NCBI GenBank assembly: GCA_030704615.1
Contig: CM060734.1
Location: forward strand, 32,550,001 to 32,614,000
DNA length: 64,000 bases
Origin: Takakia lepidozioides
Taxonomy: Eukaryota; Plantae; Bryophyta
Reading direction: 5' to 3'
A program made the translations under genes and the position numbers. Below the pieces are notes generated by a model. The model was not told the DNA's origin. It saw nothing but the letters and a program-made list of their open reading frames with translations, and did not search any database. Positions 41,198 to 54,400 of the stretch are shown one piece after another. Each line of letters starts with the position of its first letter. Within the stretch, counting starts at the first letter, position 1.

Positions 41198-41303
41198 AGA
41201 GAGGGTTGTATAATCTTAAGCAAACCACTGCAAGACAAGCATATAAGTGGATCATACAGAGAGTGTTGTATAATCTTGAGCAAAGTAGTGCGAGACAAGC
41301 ACA
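41198..41303 (+). repeat. Diverged 60-bp tandem repeat (2 copies, plus a fragment at ~41413)
   Basis: gagagggttgtataatcttaagcaaaccactgcaagacaagca and gagagtgttgtataatcttgagcaaagtagtgcgagacaagca are offset by exactly 60 nt. Confidence 0.75.
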
Positions 41304-43410
41304 AAAATCTACCGCTGATAGAGTTCAACTTTAATAACGCAATGCTAGCGATAACAAAAAGTACAAAAGTGTACCATAGAAAAAGAGCTGTAGCAAAACA
41401 AAGTATGTGAGAACGAGACAAGCACAAGAGCATATCATTTTTGGTTTCTTTTGTCAATCGATTCATGCGGCCAAAACGTCAAATCATTGGCCTCATGGTA
41501 TTAAAGGTCAAACTTGTTGCCTAGCGAGTCCATTCAAATTCTTGGAAATGAAGCAATCAAACCGTGGAAAATTTTGGGTTAAAAGAGGAGACAACTTACC
41601 ATAGAAGCTCAATCATACCTTCACTCACATATTTGCTGTTATGGAATGCATAATTGTTTTTATTTTTATTTTTAATCTATTGCATTCTTGGTGAAGACGT
41701 CATCAACCTCACATCCTTAGTTAAGCAAATATATTTGTTGCTTTGTTTTATCTCCCCTCTCTCTTGGCATGTTCCACTTATATCAATTGAGCTCCCCCAT
41801 GTATGATGGTTTTTTTTTCTATTCCATTGAAAATAAGTACTTGTAATGACAAACATCAAGATTTATAATCACATATACTTTCAACCCTTAATAAATGAAC
41901 TTCTAGTGCATGCACATCAATTATAGATGATTTATTGAGGATTTATTTAATGGTCAAATAGTACACGTGGGTATATTAAATGGCATTTTCATCATTTACT
42001 TGTTCACCAAATTTTACAGATTCTTATTATTTTTTGAAAAAAATCCTATATGCTTTTAACACTTGTTACATCAAGTTGATCTGGTGTCAACTTGATGACA
42101 TAATGGTTATTTTGACACACTTATGAATATCAACGACCATGTCCAATGGATCATCCCTCAATGAATCATGGTGTCGTTGATATCCACCATATCATCTTCT
42201 AATAATCAACAAATTGTTCAATGTCTTCAGTAGTAACCATTGAAGAATAACAACTTAGTTGTCGGCGGAACATAGTACTAAGACATGTGATGGAAGTTGA
42301 AGACGCACGGGAGACTTATTGATACTGTCGGTGTGGTTACAAAATGAGATGTCTCCCCTTATCAAATCCCTACCCCAATTTATGTGGCCTCTTCTCCACT
42401 CGAGTCTCGCACTATCTACAGGCCCATATGTAGATTAAAACAAATAAAAACTAAAGTTTGATAAAAAACGGAAGTAAACTAACCTTGGTGAATTCATAGT
42501 CCCAGCATCAGTCGTAGTAGTCCATTGCATTCTGGTGAATAGATCGGTGTTGGGGCCAAAGGGGTGGCCCATGGTATTTCTTTTACCCCTCTGCCTCGCC
42601 ACGACAACCTACTCTCTCACAAATTTTTCAACATTACTGCCCCCACCAAAAAATGCCATTGCATCCATGACTGATGTAGGAACATTCAAAGCAATTGATT
42701 CATCCTGAAGGTTAGAAATACCTTCTTCTCTGGAAAACGCTTCTCCTTCAATAGTCAAATCGTGTTTCCTTTTTCCTCCTTTTCAGTCTCAAAACTAGTA
42801 TCATAAAGCATGGCCAGACCTTCCGCAAACACTCCGAAAGGCATCGTCTCAACCCGCCTGTTCTTTTTCAGAAGAGGGCAAACATGGTTGCATCTCATGG
42901 TAAAGATACCTTAATGTAAAGTTTAAGAACTGATCATACACAGCCGATCGACTAAGAGGTTAAGCAATGACGAGGAGGAAAGCAAATGCTCCACTTCTCG
43001 TGAAAACGAAAAGGACATGCCGTCAACCTTGTTTTATTTATACTCTCCTCCTTCATTATGTCGTGTATGTGATCCTTTGTTCAGCACAGTTTGGAATTGG
43101 TTTGCACTTGAGCACTACCACTCTCCTACTGAGAATACAGGATCCAGCTAATTCTTTGTGGAGGCTAAACTAGCAAGGTTTTTGTAAGCCAAGCAAACAA
43201 TTGTTTTATTGCATAGAGCTAAGGGTCTATGCAATCCTTGCAGCCAGGTGCTACAGGATAAAAAACTGAGAGACTGGCATCCCTCAATGGGCCTCAAATC
43301 TGCATGGTGAGCCGTGCAAGTCAGCCTTGTCACTTCTACTCACCGCATATCTGTGGGCCATAGCCCCAAACATAAGAATCTTTGGTTTCAGTTTGCTGGT
43401 GCGAGGCGTC

Positions 43411-46400
43411 TTAGAACGCAACTGTGTCTAGTTTACGCAAAGAGATTTCCAATCTTGCCAACCTCCATGCAGAGGATGCTCTTTGCAAACTCTCTGTGAG
43501 CCCCAAAAAGAATGCCTTAGCCCAAGGCTCAGATGATCCAGAGGGGCGCAAGTCACTTGGCACCGTGAAGCTACAACCCTAGAAGAACCAGTTGCTAAGT
43601 ATCAACACCTCAACTTCGTAATCAACAAGACAAGCACTTCGTGAGACACTGTGGAGATTAAGATTATCAAGCCTTTCAATCATTCCCTAGTAAACAACTT
43701 AGTTTTAAGTAGCTGCATCTCGAAGCAGTCAGTTAGTGTCTACATCACATGTCATTAGAGAGGCCTCTCTGTAGAGAATTTTAGAGACAGCCTATAAATG
43801 GACTACCAAATATGAAGCTAGTGCCCTTGAACATCCCGAGTCCCATTAAGGATCCCAATCCCAGTTGGCAGTACTTGAAAACTATCAATTTATCTTCCCT
43901 ATTTCAGGTGGACATTTACCGTTATACATTTGACTTTGTACTTTGCCTGAGGTTGCCTTGACTAGACATTCTTGTATAATCTGTCCCCAAATTTCTGGCA
44001 TGCTAACCCAAAGCCAGATATTTCTGATAACTATGCCGAGTGATCTGGAAAGAACTATAACAGCATCTTGGATGCATTTCAGAAGACCACATGAGGAGGT
44101 TTCACAAGCTTACCTCAAAAGCTCATCTTCATCGAGTACTGGCGCCATGCTACCTTCAGCTGCTATTGGTTTCAGCAATTTACTGTTTCACATAAGATGA
44201 TCACTCAATTGACACCAACCGACAGTTTCTCAAAATGTAAAGCTGATACCTGAGAAACGATGCCCCATTCAGAGTCACAGAATTTAACATAGCTGTGGGT
44301 AGTCGACCTTCTATCCCCAACATAATAAATGACTCAAATAGGAGAACAAGCATGATCCATGACAAAACAGCTGACATTGCATCCAGCAGAATTGAAGTGG
44401 CACAGAGTAGAACATGTAAATTGTTTTAGTACTTGTTTAACTACAGCTTGTGTGTACATGGGCTCAAAGGTGAACCTCAAGATAATAGTGGCCTGCAACA
44501 AAATCTCCAGCTAAACTGGGAAGAGAAGCGAAGGAATGCAATGAGCTCTGGGTTTGGTCTGGTTTGAAGGTGAGTGAGGCAACTGTCTTATTTGCTGTTG
44601 CTAGTGCTGAAATGGGACCTGATGGGTCGGATTCAGCTGGATAGAACCTGACTTTCCTAATTGTGAGGAGGCATTGCTGGGCTTCAGAACCTGACAGGGA
44701 ATGCTCCTCACTCCTCCAGCGAATTATGATGCGCTGTAGAATGTGACAGTGCCTGTGTCACACTCTAAGCACACTCCTTGGTGAGAGGCCTGCCGGGATT
44801 TTAAAAACTATTAAGGCATGTTCAACATGATGCTCCAACTCGGACTGTTGGACTAGGGATTTTCATTTGGTGTCGTATATGAGCTGGCAACATGAGGACT
44901 TTCGTTGAGAAGCATAATTGTTGTCAGAACATGGATGTCTAGATGGGCCCCACTTGTCCTCATTGGGACTAAACTGTCTCCCCCTAGAGTCACAAAATTT
45001 GTTCGTTAGCTAGCTGTGGTGCCAGAACAGACCTGACTACAAAAACCTGGTAGAGATGGAGCGCTCCTCCTGCCAAGCAGCGCCCTGCAAATGATGCACT
45101 CTCTTTCTTGAACACGTAGACCACTGGGTAACCTAATAATCATCTGCAATCCACACAAAGATGTGAGAAACAAAGTAATATAACCCACAAGGCAAATGTG
45201 TATGGACCACATAGTTGAGTTCACTTCCAAAGCAGCTAATCTTTGATCTGAACTCAACAAGAGGATTAGCTGCTGAAAACAACATACACAGGAGATTTAC
45301 GCACAACACTTGTCCAACCGACACTCTCTCTCTCCTACCTGTGAGCCTAACAATGCGCCTTTTCTGTGTCTCTCTCCTTTTTCTCCTTCCCCTCTCAAGA
45401 AAAAAACACACCCATTTATTGTGGGCAGCACGATTTTGGTTCTGCTGATTATATTGGTTGCCTCCAGGACTGTCTCTCTGTGAACACTGCTCTTCGAGGC
45501 AGTGCTGGCAGAAGCCTTGGGCGATTGGGGAGTCTGAGGGCCCTGCTCCCTAACATTATCGTCCAAACCTTCTCTGTAGTTTGAGATACGTACTCCCAGA
45601 CCTTGCAAAGAGTGAGGCCCATGAGGCAGTAGACTGAAGTTCGTATGAGCCAATAGAAGGGCAGAGAAACGCTCTTGTACATCAGCGAGATGCCGCAAGA
45701 CAGTCTTGTGTTCACCTTGAGAAGCAATCTGTTCAACACCACCAAAATAATGGTCTGCATGAAGTCAAGAAGCTACAACACCCAAATAATGTGTAATAGG
45801 AGTGAGTGTAACTACTATCACTTTCATTCTTCCTACTATCCTAGCAATTGAAGAGCTAGTACAATACAATGTTTCAAAATTCATTCACCCACATCATCCT
45901 TTTTCAACCTCATTTTGGGTGGTAGGTGTAATTGCGATCTAATTTTTGCATAAGAAAGAAATAGTTGCACATCTCCTCAAAGCTTTGCTTCAAATTGTAC
46001 TTTGATCTGTCATTGTCATGCTGGAAACAACAAAGAGAGAACATAATATGAATTCACTTCCTCACCCTAGGAACGGTGTCATCAAGAATGACAAACATCA
46101 GTTGAGACCTTGGATTCAAGCTTTGCTCCATAAAATGTAGCAAAAAGAGAGGGTGCACTAGATATGCAGTACCTTCGATGTGCATAACCCGCAAGGGCAT
46201 CACCTCTTTCACTTCCTGTTATCATTTTGCACACACATGCATTAGATTACTTGAATTTTATTGTTCAAAGTTCCCCAACTGTGTTACATGTAGACCAGCT
46301 TCCACAACAGAATTGTGTATCAAATATGGGTTGAGATTAAGTGTAAGTGACAATTAGGAAGTGCCCACCTCCTAAGTGGCCACAGCAGCCCTGATGCATG
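43411..46400 (-). pseudogene. UPF0739 / C1orf74-like (DUF4504) gene with premature stop and apparently missing 5' exons
   Basis: Phase-compatible GT-AG exons: 46215-46066 (EVKEVMPLRVMHIEGTAYLVHP...VILDDTVPR), 45728-45412 (...VLPTING), 45143-45033 (*LLGYPVVYVF...), 44182-44114 (...EDELLS), 43570-43411 (FTVPSDL...SEPWAKAF...TVAF*). The remembered family motif PT(L/I)NGWLLGYPVVY has W replaced by TGA at 45142-45140. Confidence 0.8.
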
Positions 46401-47670
46401 TAGCTGGCAACATTTAAGGCTTTGTTATCTTCTCCAACGTGTTATTAGCAAATTTGGAGCTGAAACGTCCTGGCTGCAAGACCATGCGTGACTATGGTTA
46501 CGTCACAATGGACAGGGATGCTTTTGACATCGATAGTCAAATGGGGCCTGGTTGGAGCTCTGCGTTGAGATACGGATATACAAAGCTCACCTCGCCCTCC
46601 AAGCCATACATTTGAGGAAAGCCAAACACACTGGACTTGAATATGAATTTATCAAGAAATGGTCCTCAATGGCCTATCTTATGCCCCCGACAAACGCACC
46701 TTCAACCCCAAATTCTCCCTTACACTCAGCCTACGTTCAATTTTCTCTTCATTGCAGACCAGAGTACCAACCACGCTCCAATTTGTACATTGAGGCGAAC
46801 GCAGAATTCTGGAATACATGCACGTCATATCGAAGGACAAAACTTCTGGAAAAGCATACAAGGAGAGGGTGGTCTTCAGTCAACCAACCTGAGAGAGAAG
46901 GAAAAGCAGCTCGCATAACTGCTGCAGCAAAAGAGAATTATGAACCACATAGTCCAGCATTGCCAATGCCCTCAGCCCTGTGGCCAAGGCCATTATATCT
47001 GCCAGCCAATCCAACGATACATTACTCCTTTACACCTCCCCAATTCGGCTCCCCCATTCACAACCAGTTGATCTGGCGTACAACAGATGTGCAGGGAAAC
47101 ACAGAAGGGGTCCTAATGAGGTCGAAGACAGAAAAGCTAGACACGGCCAAGTACCAATAGCTAGGAGATGCTCGAAGACGCAGGTACATTGATGAATCAA
47201 ATTTAGAGTATCAAAGACTTACGAGAATTTGTTGATAACTTTCTCTTTGTCTCTTGTTCCACCAAGGGCATGAAAGATATCACTAAAATCCTTCTCACGA
47301 GTCTTGAAAGCTTCGAAGCAAATTTATTTGACAATAATTACTTTATTTATTATGGTTTTTATAATAAGTTATGCATCAATATAGGCGTGTGGCCCTCCTC
47401 GGACAGCTAAAGTTAAACAACTGTGAGCGGCAGTTTTATGGAAAGAAGTTGATCTATATTCACAATCTTAATTTTAATTTTAATTCCCTTAAATTTTTGT
47501 GGGCTATAAATCAATAATTTTGAATGTCAAATTTTCATGTTTTTTTTTAAATTATTATCATCATTATTATTCCAAAAAGTGTAAGGTTGACATACATTTT
47601 TAGAGCTTCATATAATTTTTATCTATTTTTAATTAATGTTTTTTTTCTTTTTTTTGGGTGGACTAGACTG

Positions 47671-48100
47671 TGTCGCTACCTAAGCATCGTGCCACAACGT
47701 CCATTGCTGTCCAATCACACTTCCTAGCATATACTCCTAAAAAGCTATGTCACAAATGAAAAGAAATGGGAAAAGAGATGAATCCATTTTATTATTTTAT
47801 ATAAATAAAGCAAATGACACCTTTGTTAAAGGACTCTACCATGCAGAGCTCACCCTCACTCTATTTGAGGTACTAGAGCTATGGCAACGAGAAGGGACTC
47901 AAGAGGCTCGACTAGAAAGAAGAGAAGCCTTCTTGAGCCTCACATGGAGATAAGCCTCTCCACATCCCAAGTGAGATTCGCCACCTCACTCAACACATGG
48001 AACCAAATGCAGTACCAAAGACAACAAATAGAAATATAAATGTATAAAGTCTTGATTAGCTAGAAATAACTATTTCTAAATAATCATGACTAACTTCACA
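47671..48100. mobile_element. LTR-like relic homologous to the 18100-18480 end of the Gypsy element
   Basis: Block A cctaagcatcgtgccacaac...tcctaaaaagctatgtcaca matches 18402-18477; block B (...tcccaagtgag...accaaatg...aaatataaat...) matches 18110-18390. Confidence 0.65.
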
Positions 48101-49649
48101 ATTTTAGTTTTAATTTTGTATTTTTCTTTTGTTTCTTTCATTCTCTTTTCGATATAAAGAGTTTGCGTTGACACTTTTATAGGACTTTGTATATTGTTTC
48201 AATGATTATTTAATTATTTTATCTTTTTGGACCTAAAGAATATAAATTGATCCATCTATTTCCAAAGTCTCACAATTTGTTTTTTTAATTTACTCTAAGA
48301 GAGTAGAAGTAATTGTCGATTGAGTTTTTCATGTGTGAAAAAGCAAAGCAATTATTATATATATATTTATATATCTTAGTTTTATTTTTTTGTTGCAACA
48401 CAACATACAAACATATGAGAAAGATTTTGTTTCACAATTATAAAAGGAGGGTTGTCCGGTGTACGCATACCCTTTCTCTGTAATGATGTGACTGGAGCTT
48501 GATTTAGTATCGCGTGATATGTATACGTAAGCTCAAGTTCACGGCATAACATTGCTGACTTCAAGAAGTGGTCTGGGTGCTACCCAATCACTCTATGATG
48601 TTAGTAAGCCTTCATGGCCTCCTGTCATGGTTATTTTTTCCATGATTTCTTAATATGATTTAAATAAAGGGCTTCCTCTCTTTTCGTTAAAATTATCAAA
48701 AAAAAAAGTGGTGCACCTGAAGAAGAAGAAGAAGAAGAGTCTCATGTGAGATTAGATTAGATTAGAATGTATTTTATTTTATTTCCTTAAAAGAAACCTG
48801 GGAGCGACTGCTCACAATTCAGGCCCTTGAGGAGGGGGAAAAATTAACCCCCTTTCAGATAAGCCATTAGGCACACAGGTGGGAAACATCACCACCAGAC
48901 CACCCGGTCACGAACAATCCACACACCGCGCAGGGCAGCGGGTTCGAACTCTGAACCACCAGTGCTACACGATGTGCAAGATTCAAAATCGTGTGGGAGA
49001 GGATGCAACAAGAGCTTTAAAATTTGAACATGTAGACAGAAAAATCATCCGCTCCTATGGATGTCGGCAACAATCTATCCATTCCACACTTTCTGTTCAT
49101 CGGACCCTAATGCACGCGTGGACCCACCGGATTTGTCCATAACGATGGGACCAACATTCCAGTTCACGAGACAATTAGTGTCGCCCGGAATAAAATAAAA
49201 TAAAATAAAATAGAGTATAATTGTTGGTAGTAAAGACGAGTTAGTACTAAATTTTCACCAGAGATAACTCTGACCGGTAGGCACTAGATAACCCACGTGT
49301 AACTTGTGTAAATTACCAGTAGCAGCTTGGACCGATGGTTACATCCGTGGAAGAATGTATGTGACCGAGGGGTTAAGACAAAGCCTGACTTGTTCCTCGC
49401 TATCCTCACTCAGTTCGCTGCGCAATCTTTGTTGTGGCATCCTTGTCTGCATGCCTGCGCAGTGTCATACTAGGGCATCCCATTGCACTGGGTTTCAATC
49501 CAGTGCAGTGCATTTTTCTCGGAAGGATCCTTACTTGGGTCTGCTCGCATTTGTGCTGCAGACTGGATTTCGAAGCTGAGGCTGAAATAAATCGGGAGCA
49601 AGGATTGAGGCTCTCATAATATGCAGGATCGAGAAGTGGGTTTAGATTC

Positions 49650-51385
49650 ATGGGGAACAAGATAACACGGAGGCGACCGGCAATCGACGAGCGCTACACA
49701 CGGCCACAGGGCTTGTATCCTCACAGAGATGTGGATCAACGCAAGCTTCGCCGCCTCATTCTTGATGCCAAGCTCGCGCCTTGCTATCCTGGAGGGGAGG
49801 AGCCCGCAGCCGAACTCGAAGAATGCCCTATTTGCTTCTTGGTAGGTTCACTTGCTATGCTTGTTTCGGTGTAATGCCTTTTGGCAGGGTTTACTGCCCG
49901 GTATCGTTATGTTAGCTTTGCAATTTATAAATTCTTTGTTCTTATCCGGATCATAGGATGGCATGGCTTATCTTCTGCCCTGCCTAAGTCATGTTTGGGT
50001 TGCTGCATGTAGCCTTTGCTCTCTTCCAATTTGGCGAGCTTTACCCGGGCAAGATGGCGCTGCTCGTCTGGTGGCTAGGATTAAGGCTTCCGTTCCTGAG
50101 CATGAGGGGTGTCCAGCTTAGCGGTGTCTTAGACCTCTGGTGTATGTTCGCCACAGTGGCCAATTGGACTGTGGGGGAGCTATCTGTTCACTATTGGATC
50201 CTGATTCACACTTTTCGGTATGAGGATGTAGTTGTTTGTCCTGATACAGTGAGTAATGAGAATCTCCTGTGGCATATGAAGGCAGGAATCTCTAAAACTA
50301 TAATGGCTGAGGGAAAGAGAGAGAATGAAAATAGCAACACACCCTTGAGGAATAGGCCCTATCAGACAACTGTTTTCCATCTCGAAGCCAAGTATGGGTG
50401 GTTACAACCCACCAGGGTATGAAACGAACCCCAAAATTGTCTGTGCTCACAGGACCAGGCACAGTGGATTGACATCCAGCATGGGTTTTAGGGCTAGGAT
50501 TAACATCATACTAGAAAGCAGAGAGAGAAATGTACTCATATGATGTTGTTTGCCGTAGCCTTGTGGCCATTGACCCCATGCCCAGTTTGAGCTCAACACA
50601 AAGGGACAGAAACTACCTTTGTCAGGGGCTCACGCCAGAAGTATGACTTCCCTTGAAACCTGCAATTGATCCCAGTTTTCCAGATATCCTTTAGAAATCC
50701 CTTCACACAAACATGCTGTGTGTGATTTGCCCAATAAGTAGACCCCAAAAGGGCCTGGGCTTTTGGCTCAGCCACGAGATTTTCAAAGTTGGTAAACAGA
50801 GGAACATGAACGATTCCCTTGATGTAATTGAAGAGGGTGTCTCTCTGATGAGAGTACCCAGGAATCAGTTAGTCTTTAGGTTGCCTACAGAACGGGCACT
50901 TAGAATCGCCCTTTCCTCTTGCATAGGTTTGCTGGTCAAAGGTAGGCTACCTGCCCTGAGTTTGAATTTCAGTCTAGTGCCAGGAGTGGGTAAATCTATG
51001 ATGGCCTCACCCATGTCACAGACTGGAAACAGGTTCAGGGAAGTTTTCTACCTAACTTCGTTTTCATGAGACAATTTCCTGGCAACAGACATTGCTTTGG
51101 AAACTTCAGCCTCTAAGTCAGATTTATCCAGCAGGGTCATGGCTTGCAGAATTAGATTCAGATCCTTGGAAATTCTCTTCTACCCTCTTCCACCAGGACT
51201 TAGCCTGTTTGACAGGGTGCTACTGCTTCCAAGATGTAGAGTCAATTAAGCAGAGATAATGTACTCATTGATTTGCCGTATCCTTGTGGCCATTGACACC
51301 ACACCAAGAGATAGAATGTACTCATAAGATGTTGTTTGCCGTAGCCTTGTGGCCATGGACCCCGCGCACAGTTTGAGTATAACCG

Positions 51386-51423
<38 letters not shown>

Positions 51424-54400
51424 GGGGAAGGGTGAGCTCCTCTTGCTGTGTTGGCAAGGGTCAATTCTCTTGAAAATGGTGGCGGTGTAGTGTATCAATC
51501 AACGTCCAGTGTGTCTTTTGAACTATCTGTGATTATCTTACACTGGTTACCAAGGAATCAGGGTTCAACGACAAACTTAGGTCAACTCTACCTAGGCCTA
51601 CATAGAGTTTGCTCAACTGGTGGGCATCCATTAGTAGACAGGGCCAAGCTCTTGGCCACCCATCATTTCCTCCTGTTCCTCATAGCGCAGGCTTCACAAC
51701 AAGGAGCAGATTTGCTCCCAGCTTTGAAAGCAAAATGCTGTTTCAAAGGTAGCTGCGCTCAAGTTCAGGTCATTAGAGACTGTGTCAGCCTTCCAGGGAC
51801 GTAGGCAAGTTCTAGAGTGGACAGCATAGTTTAGGAGTAGCTTAATGAGACGTCAGAATACTCTTTTGAAGCTTTGCAGCAGCTGAAAATTGCATAGAGA
51901 GAAAAGGGAGGAGTTTCAAGGGCAATAGGAAGGTGAGGGCAAGAATGTGGGGCTGATGAGTGAGTGGCTTGGGGGTGTGAGATGACAGCATTATCCAAGC
52001 CTTAATCGATCAAAATGCTGCTCCAAGGGCATCTGTACTGGTACCCCTCTCCCCTTTTGGACTTATCAATCCCCTCCCTCTCTCTCTGTCTCTCTCTCTT
52101 TCCTCCTTGGTAGCAGAATCGTCAGAACATAGTATGGAATGGTGGGACTGTCTAGGAGGAATTGCTACTGAGGACACTGTGCGGCATTGATTTGGGATGT
52201 CCGTGATTTGGGCAAATGATCACTCCTCTAATCCTTTGTCCACATGTATAAATAACAAGTTACCAGCATTATATTGTCAATATTGTCTTCAGCTTTGCCT
52301 TACCTCTGCAGAGCCACTCTACTCGCTTCGTAGTCTGCAGCCCTTGAATGAATATATTTGTCTCAATGCATGGAAGTTGGAGACCCCAATGGCGAGACTA
52401 AACAGTCTATGAATGCCAATTTTTTCTTTTGCTTTTCCTTATTCATTCAAGGAACTTCTGAGCGGGCGAAAGATATTTGTATCCCATGCTATCCTTGCGC
52501 TTTCGGTTGTTGCAGCCAGGTAGCATCAGTATTACAAGCACTAAGCCTTGATTAGAGGGTATATCGATTCTCTGTTTCTCTTGTCACTTATGTATGAGGT
52601 AAAAGATGTTCTCCTTAAAGGATTTATGTTCTCATATCCTAGGTTTTGTCAAGGACATACTTATGTTTCATCTGTTTTCTGTTTGATCTGTAAGTTCTCC
52701 ACTGTCTGTCCCAAAAGGGGAGTAGGGCATTGTTGTTTGCTGCCGGCAGTGATATGGGTCAGATCTGTAGATTCCTTGTGAAAGACAGTTTGCTGCAAAC
52801 CATGTTAACGAATGTGGTTCTATCCTCCATCTCTAGTGCCACTCAAGTTGTGAAATCATTGGGATTCCTTTGTCAATCTGGTTTGTCAGTTTGTAGGCAT
52901 GGGCTGTAAGGCAGAGACAACAGTCTTTCAGTTTGTGTTTCAGATGGTCACTAATCACACCTGGTCCTGGACCTGAGAGATGTGAACACCAATTTCTGTT
53001 TCTAGAGGGCTAAAAATGTATGCTGTATGTCCTATGTTTTGAAATAGTGACACTACTTGTACACATCACAAGTTATCTCTTCTTTGGAAGTGTATCTACC
53101 TCTTTTGGGATTGGGTTTGCAAATTACTTATCTGATCTATGTCCGTTGCTTGTCTGCTGCAGAATGTTTTTTGCAGATGAAGTCTCCACATGCAGCTCGT
53201 CCAACACAGTATCCATTTCACCTTCTTGTGTTGCAGTGAGAGTAGTCAAGGTGCTGTAGCCCACTCAGTGTAACTGCATGTTCAGTGTCGAAAGAGGCGA
53301 AGAGAGACAGAAGTAAGAAAATATATCAGGTCCATCAAGAGAGAATGTACTCGTAAGATGTTGTTTGCCGTAGCCTTGTGGCCATACCCAGTTTGGGCAG
53401 AACAAGAGGGAACAGATACTACGTTTGTGAGGGGCTCACTTCCATGTGAATGAGTCCCAAGCGACCCTCCTCACAGATGTCATCCGCAACAAGGGATGAG
53501 TATTGGATTCAAGTGGAACAGGGGAGAAGAGTAGCAAATATGGTGTAGATAATGTCCAGATGTGAAGTTAATGTAGGGTACATACCACCACAGTGGAGGT
53601 CAGGCCCCTTTTATGCTATAAATCATACAGTAATCTCAGTAAATTTGCTTCCTAGAGAGTCGATGTTTGCAGGTGTATCCATATAACAGTAACAAACAAG
53701 CCCAATACAACACAAGCGCCACACCCAGAACTAAGTTGTGTGAGAAAGTCTCAAAAGACTCTCTCCCTCTTCTGAGAGGTAAGAAGCATCCCTATCCTGG
53801 ACTTCACAAGTTCCTTTCTGCTTGTGTAAAGTTTGGCGTATCTTAAGCTGAGGATACTGGTTCACATGATGGGCCTCCTTAACCACAATTTGAAAGATGC
53901 CCTTTCTGTAAAACACCCAACTATGCAGTGGAGTTCCGGGGCGCCAAGACACTTGAGGAGAAGGGCGTGGAGCAAGCAGTAAGTTCATCAAGTTGCCCTT
54001 TCCAAAGTCATGGTAAAAATAGCATCTGGGTCTGCCGCAGCTTGTAGAAGCGCTGCATTATGCATGGAATCAGAAGATTGTTTGATTCTTGAGGAAGCCA
54101 TGACAATCTCCGGGAGAAAATTGTGGAACCTTGGGTGCTTTCCAAACACAGGAAGAACAAAAAGTGATTGAGGCAAAGATACGGATGCGGCAACAAGAGT
54201 TGCAGGACGATGAAGAGAGAGAGCAAAGGAGGGAAGATGAGATCCGTGAGGGGGGGATATCACCCCAGCCCCCACCCGCCACAGTACCAGATGGAGCCTC
54301 CTCTCAGAGACCGTGGGAGCGTGGGCCCTGGCGGACTGCGTGGGGCAGTATCGGTCGGTCCTCTCACCAAACCCCACAGGTAAGCAGCCTCTGAGTACCA

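Noticed and set aside
45140-45142. Selenocysteine, stop readthrough or A-to-I recoding of the in-frame TGA
   Set aside because: The position corresponds to Trp, not Cys; land plants lack Sec machinery; a second stop and missing 5' exons favour pseudogenisation.
47380-47445. 5S rRNA-like fragment
   Set aside because: Similarity is limited to a few short words and is not supportable by eye.
48540-48710. Poly(A)-ended LINE/SINE tail sharing atgatttaaa...gggcttcctc with ~57785-57820
   Set aside because: Shared stretch is only ~30 bp and AT-rich; no TSD or coding evidence.
48860-48970. tRNA gene or SINE (GTTCGAACCC B-box on the minus strand)
   Set aside because: The A-box-like motif is too close to the B-box and no cloverleaf forms; at most a truncated SINE relic.
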